This document shows positions 39,035 through 49,145 of a stretch of 64,000 nucleotides of DNA, piece after piece. The notes beneath the pieces are model-generated. The model saw only the letters and a list, made by a program, of their open reading frames with translations, was not told the DNA's origin and searched no databases. Position 1 is the stretch's first letter, and the number at the start of each line of letters is the position of its first letter. Position numbers and translations under genes: made by a program. This DNA comes from a candidate division FCPU426 bacterium. GTDB lineage: Bacteria > Oederibacteriota > Muellerivitia > Muellerivitales > Muellerivitaceae. The DNA is taken from contig CAWKAR010000033.1 of assembly GCA_963847625.1 (NCBI GenBank), positions 64,001-128,000 of the forward strand, read 5' to 3'.

Positions 39035-40369
39035 TTATGTTTTTTTGCCAAGGACTTCTTGAGCTTTCTCCGCAGCCTTGTGGCCCGAAAGGCAGGCGCC
39101 CTCGATGGTGGCCGGGAGTCCGGTATCGGTAAAGTCGCCGGCCAGGAAGATATGGGGGAAAGGCGTCTCACAAGGAGGTCTCAGGGAGTCCGTTTCCCGT
39201 GACCAGCGGAAGGTCGCCGACATTTCACGAGTGACTTTAGAATGAAGCACCTGGGCTTTCCGGGCTAATGGACAACGAACCTTTAATTCTTCCGCCGCCA
39301 AGTCCACCAGTTCCTTATCCGTCATTCGGGAGAGTTTTTCGGCGGCGCTGGCCGTGAAGCTGAGGTACTGGCCCTCCCCCCTCCAATTCCAGTTGGCGTT
39401 GCGGTTGAAAACCCACTCGAATTGGGCGCCTGACAGCCCCACCAGGGACTCGCAGGTGACTTCCAGGGAGAGGATCAAGTGAACCGACAGGATGGGGGAT
39501 TTGCCCAGTTTTGGCAGGGTTTCCAAGGCGGGCCAGCTTCCTTTCGGCCAAACGGCGTGAAGGGAAGCGGGGGAAACGGCCAGGACCAGGGCATCGCCGG
39601 AATAAGTTTTTCCAGATCGGCCGGTGAGAGTGAAATCATTTCCATGAACTTGAATTGTTTGGATTCTCTCATGAAAATGAACCATCCCCCCTTTTTCTTC
39701 AAGGTAAGGAGCCACCTGGGGAAAGGCTAATTCGCTCAAGGGTTTGATGGCGAGCCCAAAGGCGCTGTCAAAGCGGGAACCGAAGAAAACATGGTGAAGC
39801 ACCTCTCCCAGGCCCCTCAGGGGGGCGATATCCGTCCCTATGTTCATCACCGCGTTGGAAAGAGGAACCCAGAACCTTTTCCGGGCGGCGGGACCTTGGC
39901 CCGAGGCGTCTAAAAATTGGGAGACAGTCTCCAAGCCAGGATTGATCTTGAAGGGTTTTTTTGAAAAAACCAAGAGAGCCCTGGCCAGGCTTATTTTTTC
40001 CCCGAAGGGAAAGGCGTTGGAAGTCAGAAGGCCATAGGCCAAGTGGAAAGGCGCGGGAAAGCGAGCGCATTGAAGCGATACTTTTCCCCCGGGTGTGAGC
40101 CAGGAAAGACGCAGGGGATCGATCCATCGGAAAGAATTTTCCACCCCCAAGCGTCTTAACAGCGCCAATGTTTCCCGGTAACAACCCATGAAAAGATGCG
40201 GGCCATTGTCGCAGGCATAGGGAAAAGCCTTGGTGGGGGCGGTGGAATAGACTCGGCCGCCCAAAAACCCGCGGGATTCCAGAAGGTCCACCGAATGGCC
40301 CTTTTGCGCCAAGGCAGTGGCGGCCGCCACTCCGGCAAAACCACCCCCGACCACCAGGACCTTCGGCAT
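39035..40369 (-). CDS. hpnE: Hydroxysqualene dehydroxylase
   Basis: GGGFAG, LGGR.YS, DNGPH.FMGCY, LAGDFTDTGLPATIEGA; adjacent to hpnD. Confidence 0.9.
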   Translation of the reverse strand: MPKVLVVGGGFAGVAAATALAQKGHSVDLLESRGFLGGRVYSTAPTKAFPYACDNGPHLFMGCYRETLALLRRLGVENSFRWIDPLRLSWLTPGGKVSLQCARFPAPFHLAYGLLTSNAFPFGEKISLARALLVFSKKPFKINPGLETVSQFLDASGQGPAARKRFWVPLSNAVMNIGTDIAPLRGLGEVLHHVFFGSRFDSAFGLAIKPLSELAFPQVAPYLEEKGGMVHFHERIQTIQVHGNDFTLTGRSGKTYSGDALVLAVSPASLHAVWPKGSWPALETLPKLGKSPILSVHLILSLEVTCESLVGLSGAQFEWVFNRNANWNWRGEGQYLSFTASAAEKLSRMTDKELVDLAAEELKVRCPLARKAQVLHSKVTREMSATFRWSRETDSLRPPCETPFPHIFLAGDFTDTGLPATIEGACLSGHKAAEKAQEVLGKKT

Positions 40370-40408
40370 GAAAACCTCCTAAGATCACCCGGCCATTTAC
40401 CGGATGGA

Positions 40409-41242
40409 TTAAAGCCACTTCAGCAAAAAACACCGGCCCATGGCGCCAAGAACCGAAAGGCCCTTATCCAATGAAGTCAAGGAAACCCTTCCCTCTAGGA
40501 TTTTCTGCGGATGAATCCTTAATTGTTGGAAGAGCTTCACGTAAACAGCGGCAATGGCCTCGGCTGTTTTCAGCTCGCCCCTCTCCCGGGGAGTGAGGAC
40601 CGCGCGGGCTTTCTCCAAAAAAGACCAGGCCCGGTCCAATTGGAATTCGATGAAGGAAACCCAATTGGAATCGTTCTCTCCGATCACGGCGGGATTTACA
40701 TGGAAGCGTTTGAAATCCACTTGGGGGAAATACCGGCGTTTAAGGCCCGTGTCCTCCAGATAATCCCTCGTGATATTGACCAATTGCAGGAAAACCCCCA
40801 GATTTTCCGCGTAGCTGCGGTGGGCGGGGTCCTTGTAACCGAATATTTCCATGCTGGAAAGGCCTGGACCTCCCGCCACCTTCAAAGCATAGTTGTGGAG
40901 TTCCCGGAAGGATTTGAACTGGACGGGCTTCAAATCCATTTCCACCCCTGAAACAACGCGCCAAAGGGGTTCGGAGGACAGCCTGTGACGGATCACCACT
41001 GCCTGAAGCTTTTGGAACAGGGGTTGACCAGCTTTTCCTGCGAGACAACCCTTGAGGTCCCGCTTGAAATCCGCCAACTTCTTTCTTTTGATGGGTAACG
41101 GGTCGGTTCCATCCGAAATTTCGTCTGCTTCCCAACAAAACCGGTAGAGGACCTCCATGGCTTCCCTCTTATCCCGGGGAAGAAGGAGCAGGGGCAAATA
41201 GAAACTGGTTTTTTTCCGAAGCAAGCCATCCTGGGGATTCAC
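40409..41242 (-). CDS. hpnD: Presqualene diphosphate synthase
   Basis: TSFY, YRFC..AD...D, GVEMD, QLVNITRD..ED, R.YFP; GTG start with GAGGAGG RBS. Confidence 0.85.
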   Translation of the reverse strand: MNPQDGLLRKKTSFYLPLLLLPRDKREAMEVLYRFCWEADEISDGTDPLPIKRKKLADFKRDLKGCLAGKAGQPLFQKLQAVVIRHRLSSEPLWRVVSGVEMDLKPVQFKSFRELHNYALKVAGGPGLSSMEIFGYKDPAHRSYAENLGVFLQLVNITRDYLEDTGLKRRYFPQVDFKRFHVNPAVIGENDSNWVSFIEFQLDRAWSFLEKARAVLTPRERGELKTAEAIAAVYVKLFQQLRIHPQKILEGRVSLTSLDKGLSVLGAMGRCFLLKWL

Positions 41243-41354
41243 CAATCCCTCCTCACAGATTCTAAATGACGCGGTCAAAATTAAAGAAAGTAAATTCCTT
41301 TTGTTTTAATAAGTTAATTTAAACTTTTTCCAGAAAGTCATTGGACTGTGTAGT

Positions 41355-43166
41355 TTACCTGTTCAAATGGTATCCGGAGAAAGAAAAACTTCGGTAGGGA
41401 GGGATGGCGTTTGGATAATAGGGAAAAGAGTTGATGATGGCCGAATTGTCCTTCGCTGGCGCAATCGAAGTGCCAGGTATTTCATAATAATAGATGGTTC
41501 CTCCCACGTTTCCAGTTGGTCGTAAGCGTCCCACCCAAGGGGATTTTTTAAAAAAGAGAAAGTCATAATTGAAAGAACCCAGGATAGTGGGGCTCAGAAC
41601 ATAAACTGTTCCCGGCTGGGGCCACGAAAGGTCCCGCTGGGTCCATGGTTCCCAAGAAAGGCCATAAAAATAAGGGTCCGTCCTCATGCCCGAAATGAAC
41701 TTCACCTTTTTCCAATCCTTTTGAAGGGCTGTTTCCGCCAGGCGTTTCATGTCCTGCCCCAAATTCCAGTCATAGATGTATAAGCAGGAGGTTTTTTGTT
41801 CCGTGGTCATGAAGTCGTTGGCGTAGGCAATATGATGAGGAAAATTGCAAATCGTGGTCAAGGGATGCCAGGCCAGCAAAAGAATCGGAAAAGCCTTAAC
41901 GATGGCCGAGGAATGGGAACGGAGTGTTTCCCAAAGCCGTTGAAAAACCCTGGCCGAGATGAGTATGAGAAAGGGATAAATAGGGAGGGCGTGCCGGATG
42001 AGCATGGATTTATCAAGAAAATAAAAAACTGCCAAATAAACAAGGGGTGGAACCCACAGACAGGGTGGAAGTGAAATTTTCCTCCTTAACACGGCTGCGA
42101 CTGCCAGGCCAACGAGACAGAAAAATGGAACGGTGTTTTTAAAGAAGAAATGATAGGGGAAATTGAGGTAGGAACCGTTCGGCCAGAATCTCCCGGCAAA
42201 GAAAATTGGATGACTGGAAATGTCCGGTTGAATATCGGCATAAATTTGCAGGTAATGCAAATAAAAGTGGAGGGGCCAGGGATGGCTGGCCACAAGAATG
42301 GTTCCTGGCAGGTACACCAGGGAAACGCTTACGAGAAAACCCAAAAGTCCGGACAGCCACAGAGGGACCCTTCCGGCCCACTTTTTCCGCCCGCCTTCCG
42401 TTTCGCGGCAAAAAAGGATTTCAAGGACCAGAATAGACGGCAGGACCAACATGCCGTTGTAACGGGTGGCAGCCGCCAATCCAGCCAGAAGACCCGAAAT
42501 AAAAAAAGGTAAAATCCGCCCTTTGGGCTGGATCCGGGAAAAATAGAACAGGCAAAGGAAAAACCAGAAAACCACAGCGATATCCGTTTTAGCCGTACCG
42601 GTAAAGGCCAGAAGATTCGGCTCAAAAGCCCAAAGGACAAGGGCAGCCGCGCCCTCGACTAATGGGCCGTCACGGACTGTTCGGAAAAGGAGGAAGCCGA
42701 TCAAAAGCCCCAGCAGCCAATTGATGTTTCGGCTCCAAAAAGTCATGGCGGTCAGGTGATCGTGATTGTCCATGAAAAGAAACCGTAAGGATCGGTCGAC
42801 GTATACGGGTGGAAGGGTTGGGTCCAGCTTGAGGTTCATCCCCAGGAGCGGAAGGGCACAAAGGGCGCCCGGTGCGGTGTTGCCCCAGGGCGTCCAAACG
42901 TCACCTGTTTTGAGGTAGTAATAAGATGCCGTGAGTTCCCATTCCTCGTCCATGACGATGGAATCGCTCCACCAACGGGGAATGATTTGGAGGCTAAAGA
43001 AAATGGCGCAAGCGAGAAAACATTTCCAAAGCGTGTTAGATGTTCGGGTCATATTTGGATTATATTTGAACGGCAACCGACAGGTATCCTCAACTTGTCT
43101 TTTTTTAAAAAAAGTAAAGGGTGTATATTCCGGTTTTTTCGATTCATTACCTCTTATATCCACCAT
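41355..43166 (-). CDS. GT-C (ArnT-like) membrane glycosyltransferase, third type; true start may be further downstream (MTRTSN)
   Basis: SIVMDE, FEPNLLA, AKTD, GLAAATRY, RHALPIYP, DWNLGQD. Confidence 0.8.
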   Translation of the reverse strand: MVDIRGNESKKPEYTPFTFFKKRQVEDTCRLPFKYNPNMTRTSNTLWKCFLACAIFFSLQIIPRWWSDSIVMDEEWELTASYYYLKTGDVWTPWGNTAPGALCALPLLGMNLKLDPTLPPVYVDRSLRFLFMDNHDHLTAMTFWSRNINWLLGLLIGFLLFRTVRDGPLVEGAAALVLWAFEPNLLAFTGTAKTDIAVVFWFFLCLFYFSRIQPKGRILPFFISGLLAGLAAATRYNGMLVLPSILVLEILFCRETEGGRKKWAGRVPLWLSGLLGFLVSVSLVYLPGTILVASHPWPLHFYLHYLQIYADIQPDISSHPIFFAGRFWPNGSYLNFPYHFFFKNTVPFFCLVGLAVAAVLRRKISLPPCLWVPPLVYLAVFYFLDKSMLIRHALPIYPFLILISARVFQRLWETLRSHSSAIVKAFPILLLAWHPLTTICNFPHHIAYANDFMTTEQKTSCLYIYDWNLGQDMKRLAETALQKDWKKVKFISGMRTDPYFYGLSWEPWTQRDLSWPQPGTVYVLSPTILGSFNYDFLFFKKSPWVGRLRPTGNVGGTIYYYEIPGTSIAPAKDNSAIINSFPYYPNAIPPYRSFSFSGYHLNR

Positions 43167-43210
43167 GCATCTGGCTCTTGGATGGGTATATATCGATTCA
43201 CCCTGGGCCT

Positions 43211-43371
43211 ATGGGTAACGGGTCGGTTCCATCCGAAATCTCGTCTGCTTCCCAACAAAACCGGTAGAGGACCTCCATGGCTTCCTTCTTATCCCGGGGA
43301 AGAAAGAGCAGGGGCAAATAGAAACTGGTTTTTTCCGAAGCGAGCCATCCTGGGGATTCACCAATCCCTCC
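43211..43371 (-). pseudogene. Near-identical duplicate of the hpnD RBS and first ~50 codons
   Basis: Direct repeat of 41091..41251. By eye it differs by 4 substitutions and one frameshifting deletion (T7 to T6). Confidence 0.95.
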
Positions 43372-43790
43372 CAAACACTCTTAAATTGGTGATTTAAATT
43401 AAAAAAAGATAGCTGAATTCAATCAGTAAGTGCAGCAAGTAGGCGAAAGACCTGCTCAAGCATTCTGAAACCAAAGCTTTTACAAGGACGGTTATTAAGA
43501 ATTCATTCCATACGGTGTGCTTTCGCCAGAATTATGGTAGCAAAATAGGTCTTTTTGGGATAGAAGCGTCAAACCAAATCAGAGGTATTTTCGATAATGC
43601 CTTATTCCTAACTTTGGAAAAACACACATAAAAGGAATGGATGCCAAATGCAATAATAACTTGTAGATGTTCAAAATTTTGGAGCTGTTATAAAGTGAAA
43701 TAAGTAGGTGTGGACCTTTTACCAGTGACTAACACAAATTCTCCACGTTCTTTAATATTCAACGGTCCTGAACTTGATTGAATTACTCAA

Positions 43791-45377
43791 TCAATAGAGC
43801 CCAAGTTGCGGGTTGTTTTGGATCCGTTTTTCCAACTCTCCGCCTTTCCGCACCATAACGAGAAAATGACCGTCCTCTGGATAAGTCTGCCAAACTCTGT
43901 ATTCTTTCTCAAACCAAGAAGCATTTTCTGGATAGCGTTTTTGATCGATAACAACCGCCTCAGGTTTTTTATTCTTCAGATCTGCTTTCAATCGATTTGA
44001 AAGTTGGCCAACCATCGGACCTTCCTTTAAAAACCAAGCACAATATGCGCCGGTTGGAGGATCCCGTCGACTGGCAAAATAAATTCCTAATTCGTTTCCG
44101 AAATGGTAAAAAGTTTCTTCTGGAAGCAAAACCTTATCCAGCGCCGTCCCGAGCCGTTGCGCATCCACAAAGGTCGCTTCGTAACGCTTCGTCGACCATT
44201 GATCCGCTGAAAGGAAATAAAAGGGAATTTCATGATAAAGAATCAAAAGTAACGCGATGGAGGGTAAGAAAAAGGCCCTAGACGTTGAAATCCTCCAAAG
44301 CAACGCGGCTGACCATCCCCCGGCCACCATCAAGACAGGAAGGCCTAATTGAAAATAATGTGGAAACCAATGACCTGATGCATTGGTTTCAATAAAAACG
44401 GCGATACCGTAAGCCACTAAGACTTTCCAATAGGAATAATTCATTTTGTAAAAGCGGCCTGCTAAGAGGGTGGTCAAAATTAAAAGAGGCCAAAGAATCC
44501 ACCGGATATCACGGTAAAACATAAGTCCAGGGATCAAACCCTTGGCAAGATGATGCCAAATACTCCCCGCCAAATAGGAATCGTATGTCACCAATGCATC
44601 CCAACAATCTTGAAAACGATTATGGATCGCGAAATAAATGAAAGTGAGTGCCCAAAATAAAAAAGAAGGAAGAACAAAAAGAATCAGTCTTGGAATATCC
44701 AGTTTCCATTTTCGATTTTTCCAAACCGCCAAACCCGACCCCAGGGCCAATAAAATCGGGAAAATCAGCATGGGATGCTTGTAACAAGCCGACAGGCCCC
44801 CAAGAAGACCGATACAACCGCAGCGGACCAACGACATGGGTTTATGACCCCAAACCGCCAAGGCGAAAGCGGAAGCCTGCAAGGCAATAACAAACACCTC
44901 GGTATTAGGTTCATTGGCCTCCAACATGAGGTCCGTGCACGAGGCGGCCCAAAACACCGCCGCCCAAAGGCCTCCGACCTCCCCCATGACACGACCCGCG
45001 GAATAAACAGCCACTAAGGTAACGCTCGCTGCCAAAAGCCAAAGCAAATAAAATTCAAAAGGCCCGTATCCGGCGATTTTTTCTCCCAAAGCATAGGTAA
45101 TAAAAATGGCTGGCGGTGTGTTAACCCAAAGGTCCGTGAAAAGAAGCCGCCCCTTCAGCATTTCATGAGCTGTAACCGCATAAATGTGGATATCGCGTTC
45201 CATAGGTTCCCGATAGGTGTGAAACCGGGCTGCTGCCATCACCGCCCAGAGCGCAAACAGGAAAAAAATTGAATAAATCGAAACTTTCCGGGGAGGGCCA
45301 GGGTTTTTGGGGGTTTGCGGTCCGATTTCTTCGATGGGGTAACCAGAAAAGTCTGCAACTCTATGTAACACTTTCAC
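43791..45377 (-). CDS. GT-C-like membrane glycosyltransferase (second subfamily)
   Basis: PMERDIHIYAV, DLWVNTPP, EPNTEVF, PHYFQ; paralog of 24015..25556. Start uncertain. Confidence 0.75.
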   Translation of the reverse strand: MKVLHRVADFSGYPIEEIGPQTPKNPGPPRKVSIYSIFFLFALWAVMAAARFHTYREPMERDIHIYAVTAHEMLKGRLLFTDLWVNTPPAIFITYALGEKIAGYGPFEFYLLWLLAASVTLVAVYSAGRVMGEVGGLWAAVFWAASCTDLMLEANEPNTEVFVIALQASAFALAVWGHKPMSLVRCGCIGLLGGLSACYKHPMLIFPILLALGSGLAVWKNRKWKLDIPRLILFVLPSFLFWALTFIYFAIHNRFQDCWDALVTYDSYLAGSIWHHLAKGLIPGLMFYRDIRWILWPLLILTTLLAGRFYKMNYSYWKVLVAYGIAVFIETNASGHWFPHYFQLGLPVLMVAGGWSAALLWRISTSRAFFLPSIALLLILYHEIPFYFLSADQWSTKRYEATFVDAQRLGTALDKVLLPEETFYHFGNELGIYFASRRDPPTGAYCAWFLKEGPMVGQLSNRLKADLKNKKPEAVVIDQKRYPENASWFEKEYRVWQTYPEDGHFLVMVRKGGELEKRIQNNPQLGLY

Positions 45378-45529
45378 AATTTATCCTTTAAATAAACCTC
45401 GCACAACTAAGTGTTCTGGCCAACATTCAACAATTTTTGAATATCACATACTTTGAAGTTTTCAAACGATTTGCATTTCCCACCAACGCATTAAACAATA
45501 TAATTTTGGAAATTCAATACTTACAAGTC

Positions 45530-46402
45530 TTAAGTATTAAAAAGACCGGAAAAGGTTTTCAAAATTAAAAGTGTTTTATCCAAGGGGTTCAAAACGGGAC
45601 GACTTTCGAAAACATTGTAGTCCATATCCCGGATTTTATTCAGGGTTCCTTGGCCGCTCAGGTAAGTGGCCTTCAGTTCCAGCTTCAGGCGTCCGTCGAC
45701 CGCGGAAAGAAGAGGATAACCCTGGCGGAAATAGTTCTCCGTAAAATCCACGGCATTTTTCACCAAATACCTGGTACCGTCCGAATTCTTTCCTTTAAAA
45801 AAATCCTGTTCCGCCAATCCGGCTTTTTTCCATTCTCTTTTGGGGTAATAGATCCGGTCGCGGCGTAAATCTATGGCGGTATCCTGCCAAAAGTTGATGA
45901 GTTGCAGACCGCCGCAAATGTAATCCGAGTAACGGTGGAGTTTCTCCTCGCGGATGCCTGAAATATAAAGCACCATGCGGCCCACGGGATTGGCGCTATG
46001 GCGGCAATAATAAAGCAAGGAGTTCCAAGTGGAATACCGGTGGATTCTCAAGTCCATCCGGTAGGCTTTTAGAAGGCACAAGGGAAGCGATAAGGGTATT
46101 TGAAAGGTTTTGATCGTATGGGCGAAGGCCTGGAGGATGGGAGGCGCTTTCTTGCCCTTCAGGGCGTTTTGAAGCCCCTTTTCCCAACGGTTCAATGCGG
46201 AAAGGCGTTTTCCTTCGTAGGCTTCCTCATCAGCGAAGTCATCTGCGGCGCGGGCAAAAGTGTATAAAGCCGCCACATGGAGACGGCTTTCCCCGGGCAA
46301 CATCCAGGAAGCCACGGGAAAATTCTCGTAATGGCTTTGGGCCAAGCGAAGGCATTCCCGGTAGGCCGATTCCAAGCCGGATGGAAAGGTGTATTTCATC
46401 AA
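45530..46402 (-). CDS. hpnC: Hydroxysqualene synthase
   Basis: HYENFPVAS, ARAADDFADE, YCRHSANPVGR, QLINFWQD. Confidence 0.92.
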   Translation of the reverse strand: MMKYTFPSGLESAYRECLRLAQSHYENFPVASWMLPGESRLHVAALYTFARAADDFADEEAYEGKRLSALNRWEKGLQNALKGKKAPPILQAFAHTIKTFQIPLSLPLCLLKAYRMDLRIHRYSTWNSLLYYCRHSANPVGRMVLYISGIREEKLHRYSDYICGGLQLINFWQDTAIDLRRDRIYYPKREWKKAGLAEQDFFKGKNSDGTRYLVKNAVDFTENYFRQGYPLLSAVDGRLKLELKATYLSGQGTLNKIRDMDYNVFESRPVLNPLDKTLLILKTFSGLFNT

Positions 46403-46668
46403 TCGCCATTATTCAGAAAAATAGGTTGGGGGAGAACTTAAAAAGGAAAAAACCCTAATAAAACCTTCTTCTGGGAGGCTTACCATCCCACCGAATGGTC
46501 CTCTGAGGGGCATTGGAGCCGGTCTGAAAATTCAGGAGAGAGGGGACTCTTTTTTTGCCATATTCCAAGCCATTTTGAGGGGAATACCTTTCAAAAGCGC
46601 AAAAACAAATGGGAAATGGTAAACTTCTTTCCTGTTTGACTACCCCTTAACTACGGAACTTTTTTGGA

Positions 46669-47751
46669 ATGAATTTCAGCAAATCCTTTTACCTGGGAGC
46701 CCTCACTTCCTTCTTCGGATCGATCCTTTTGGCGGAAATCGCTTTAAGAATGACGGTTCCGGCAGGATTTTGGTACCGTCATTTCGACTTTTCCGGGGAT
46801 ATGACCAGCCTGGCGGAATTAAGGGACCGGCTTCAATATTTTCCCCGGAAAGAACCCGGTGATAAGCCGATCCTGCTGTTAGGAGACAGTGTTCTGGGAG
46901 CCAGCGCCCTGATGGAACACCGTGTTCCCGGCGCCCGGGGAAAAACCCTTTCAATTTTTTTAAGGGAGGACCTCCAAAGTTCAAATCAGTTCCCCCTGAG
47001 CTTGGGCTCCGACGGCCTTTTGCTCCCGGATATCCAAGCCCTGACCCCCGAGTTACTTCCCTTAAAACTACGCCGTATTCTTCTATTGTTGAACTTCCGG
47101 ATGTTTTCCCAGGAATTCAATGGAGGCACCAAGGCCCTTTCGCGGTATTTTCTCCAGGAGAACCTGCCGCAGGACATACAACAAAGGTTAGGGCAGGATT
47201 CCAAAGCGACTCCCGAGACCCGCCTCAGTGATAACCTGTACACCTTCTTCAGCTGGCATTGGTTCCTGTTCCGGGAAACCCAGATGGCCAAAACCCTTTG
47301 GTATTACCCCAGTCAAAAGGATTTCTTCCAGAGGTTTCTGGAAAAGGTGGTGGGGAAAAACGACACCCAATCGGATATTTTCGAGGCGGCCTTGAAACAA
47401 AAGGTGGCATCCTTTTATCAACCTTACCTTTGGGATATCCAGGGACTTCCCTTCACCAGCTTGAAGGCCATCTTGGACCAGTGGGCAGGACAAAATATTC
47501 CCGTACTTGTGGTCATGACTCCGCAAAACAAGAAATTCATGGGAAGTTACTTGGATGAGGCCAGTTTCGGGAAAAATCGGAAGATTCTCGCAGCCTTCAT
47601 GATGCCTTTTGAAAAAAAGGGCATGGTGTATCTGGATTGGGCCGACCATTACCCGTCCGCTGATTTCCTCGACCATTGCCATTTGAAACCACAGGGAAAC
47701 GAGAAATTTGCGATGGAATTGGCCGCGTTGTTAGAAAAGGAACTGCCATGA
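46669..47751 (+). CDS. Membrane-anchored SGNH-type acyltransferase (DltD/AlgJ-like)
   Basis: N-terminal TM, LLGDS nucleophile motif, C-terminal DHCH. Confidence 0.75.
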   Translation: MNFSKSFYLGALTSFFGSILLAEIALRMTVPAGFWYRHFDFSGDMTSLAELRDRLQYFPRKEPGDKPILLLGDSVLGASALMEHRVPGARGKTLSIFLREDLQSSNQFPLSLGSDGLLLPDIQALTPELLPLKLRRILLLLNFRMFSQEFNGGTKALSRYFLQENLPQDIQQRLGQDSKATPETRLSDNLYTFFSWHWFLFRETQMAKTLWYYPSQKDFFQRFLEKVVGKNDTQSDIFEAALKQKVASFYQPYLWDIQGLPFTSLKAILDQWAGQNIPVLVVMTPQNKKFMGSYLDEASFGKNRKILAAFMMPFEKKGMVYLDWADHYPSADFLDHCHLKPQGNEKFAMELAALLEKELP

Positions 47752-47870
47752 AGAACACCGATTTCTGGAAGGGGATTGGAATGGGGTTGGTCTTATTCCT
47801 TTTGTTCTTGGCGATCCTGTTTTTTTCCGGGGACCTGTCGGCTTCCAAATTCATTTACGTGGATTTTTAA
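47748..47870 (+). CDS. 40-aa DltX-like single-TM peptide
   Basis: MKNTDFWKGIGMGLVLFLLFLAILFFSGDLSASKFIYVDF. ATGA overlap upstream, abuts the MBOAT ATG, AAAAGGA RBS. Confidence 0.85.
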   Translation: MKNTDFWKGIGMGLVLFLLFLAILFFSGDLSASKFIYVDF

Positions 47871-49073
47871 ATGATATTCAACACCAGCTGGTTCATGCTT
47901 TTTTTCTTCGTTTTTTATTTACTCTTGTGGCTGATTCCTCAGGCCCGGGTGCGTTTTTTTTACCTCCTGGTTTGCAGCTTCATATTCCAGTACCACTTCG
48001 CAGGTCCGGCCGGCATCACCCCCATCATCCTGATGGCCATTCTGACTTATTTTTTCGGCCTTTGGGTCGGAAGATACCCTAAAGAAAATCCCGCCCGGAA
48101 AAAAATATTCATCTTCGGATTGCTGATCCCGGTTATTGGATTAGTTTGCTATAAGTATCCCTTTTTATTAATAAACTCCGCGGGGTCGGCGATCGGGGGA
48201 GGATGGGGGCAATGGATGACCAGCCATGCTTATCAGCCCGCTCTGCCCCTGGGAATCTCTTTTTTCACCTTCGAATTCGTTCATTACCTGACTGATATTT
48301 ACCGAGGATCCGAACCAGTAAAAAATCCATTCAAATTCGGGATCTTCTGCCTTTTTTTCTCCTCGATCGTGGCCGGTCCCATCAAGCGGTACCAGCCTTT
48401 CCTTGCCCAAATGGAAGAAGACTTAAACCGGCCTCTTTGGCCTAAGGCTGTCCTTGGCTTGGCGCAAATGCTGCTGGGTTTTTTCAAGAAACTGGTGATC
48501 GCAGATAACGCAACCACTCTCATTCACCTGCTGGAGAAACGCACCGACTTGACCTTTGGGCCGGTTTGCCTGCTGATGGCGCTGCTGTCCGTCAGGATTT
48601 TATTTGATTTCAGCGGTTATAGCGATATTGCGATCGGCATCGGTAAAATGATCGGGCTTGACCTGCCGGTTAATTTCAATTTTCCATACATCTCCCGGAA
48701 TATTTCCGAGTTCTGGAGGCGCTGGCATATTTCCTTGAGCAGTTGGATCCGGGATTACATCTACATTTCTTTAGGTGGCAATCGCCTCGGTTGGGTGAGA
48801 AAATTCTTCAACCTCATGGTGACGATGTTCGTTTGCGGTTTATGGCACGGAGCCAGCTGGCATTTCGGCCTCTGGGGCCTTTATCATGGAATGGGCTTGG
48901 TGCTTCATAATCTCTGGGAAAAATCATCCGTAGGCCGGAAGTGGTTCTCCTTGGGGCCCAGCCGTTGGGTGGATATCGCGGTGACGAATGTCTTCGTGGC
49001 TTACGGCTGGCTTTTATTTTTTTATCCCATGGACCAAGTCGTGAAAATCACACGGTATTTATTTCAACTATAA
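47871..49073 (+). CDS. MBOAT O-acyltransferase (DltB/AlgI family)
   Basis: LPLGISFFTF, AGPI.R, KKLVIAD, DFSGYSDIA, FWRRWHISLS, GLWHGA. Confidence 0.93.
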   Translation: MIFNTSWFMLFFFVFYLLLWLIPQARVRFFYLLVCSFIFQYHFAGPAGITPIILMAILTYFFGLWVGRYPKENPARKKIFIFGLLIPVIGLVCYKYPFLLINSAGSAIGGGWGQWMTSHAYQPALPLGISFFTFEFVHYLTDIYRGSEPVKNPFKFGIFCLFFSSIVAGPIKRYQPFLAQMEEDLNRPLWPKAVLGLAQMLLGFFKKLVIADNATTLIHLLEKRTDLTFGPVCLLMALLSVRILFDFSGYSDIAIGIGKMIGLDLPVNFNFPYISRNISEFWRRWHISLSSWIRDYIYISLGGNRLGWVRKFFNLMVTMFVCGLWHGASWHFGLWGLYHGMGLVLHNLWEKSSVGRKWFSLGPSRWVDIAVTNVFVAYGWLLFFYPMDQVVKITRYLFQL

Positions 49074-49145
49074 TTTAAAGGGGAAAGTAAGCGAGCGGGA
49101 AAGCTGGGAAAAGGAAATTCAAAAATATCAATTAGGAGGAAAGGC

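Noticed and set aside
43400..43790. AT-rich intergenic stretch as ncRNA or gene
   Set aside because: No ORF, structure or repeat could be supported.
18599..45377. Classical integron cassette array
   Set aside because: No intI and no recurring attC-like sites were seen, and several genes overlap directly.
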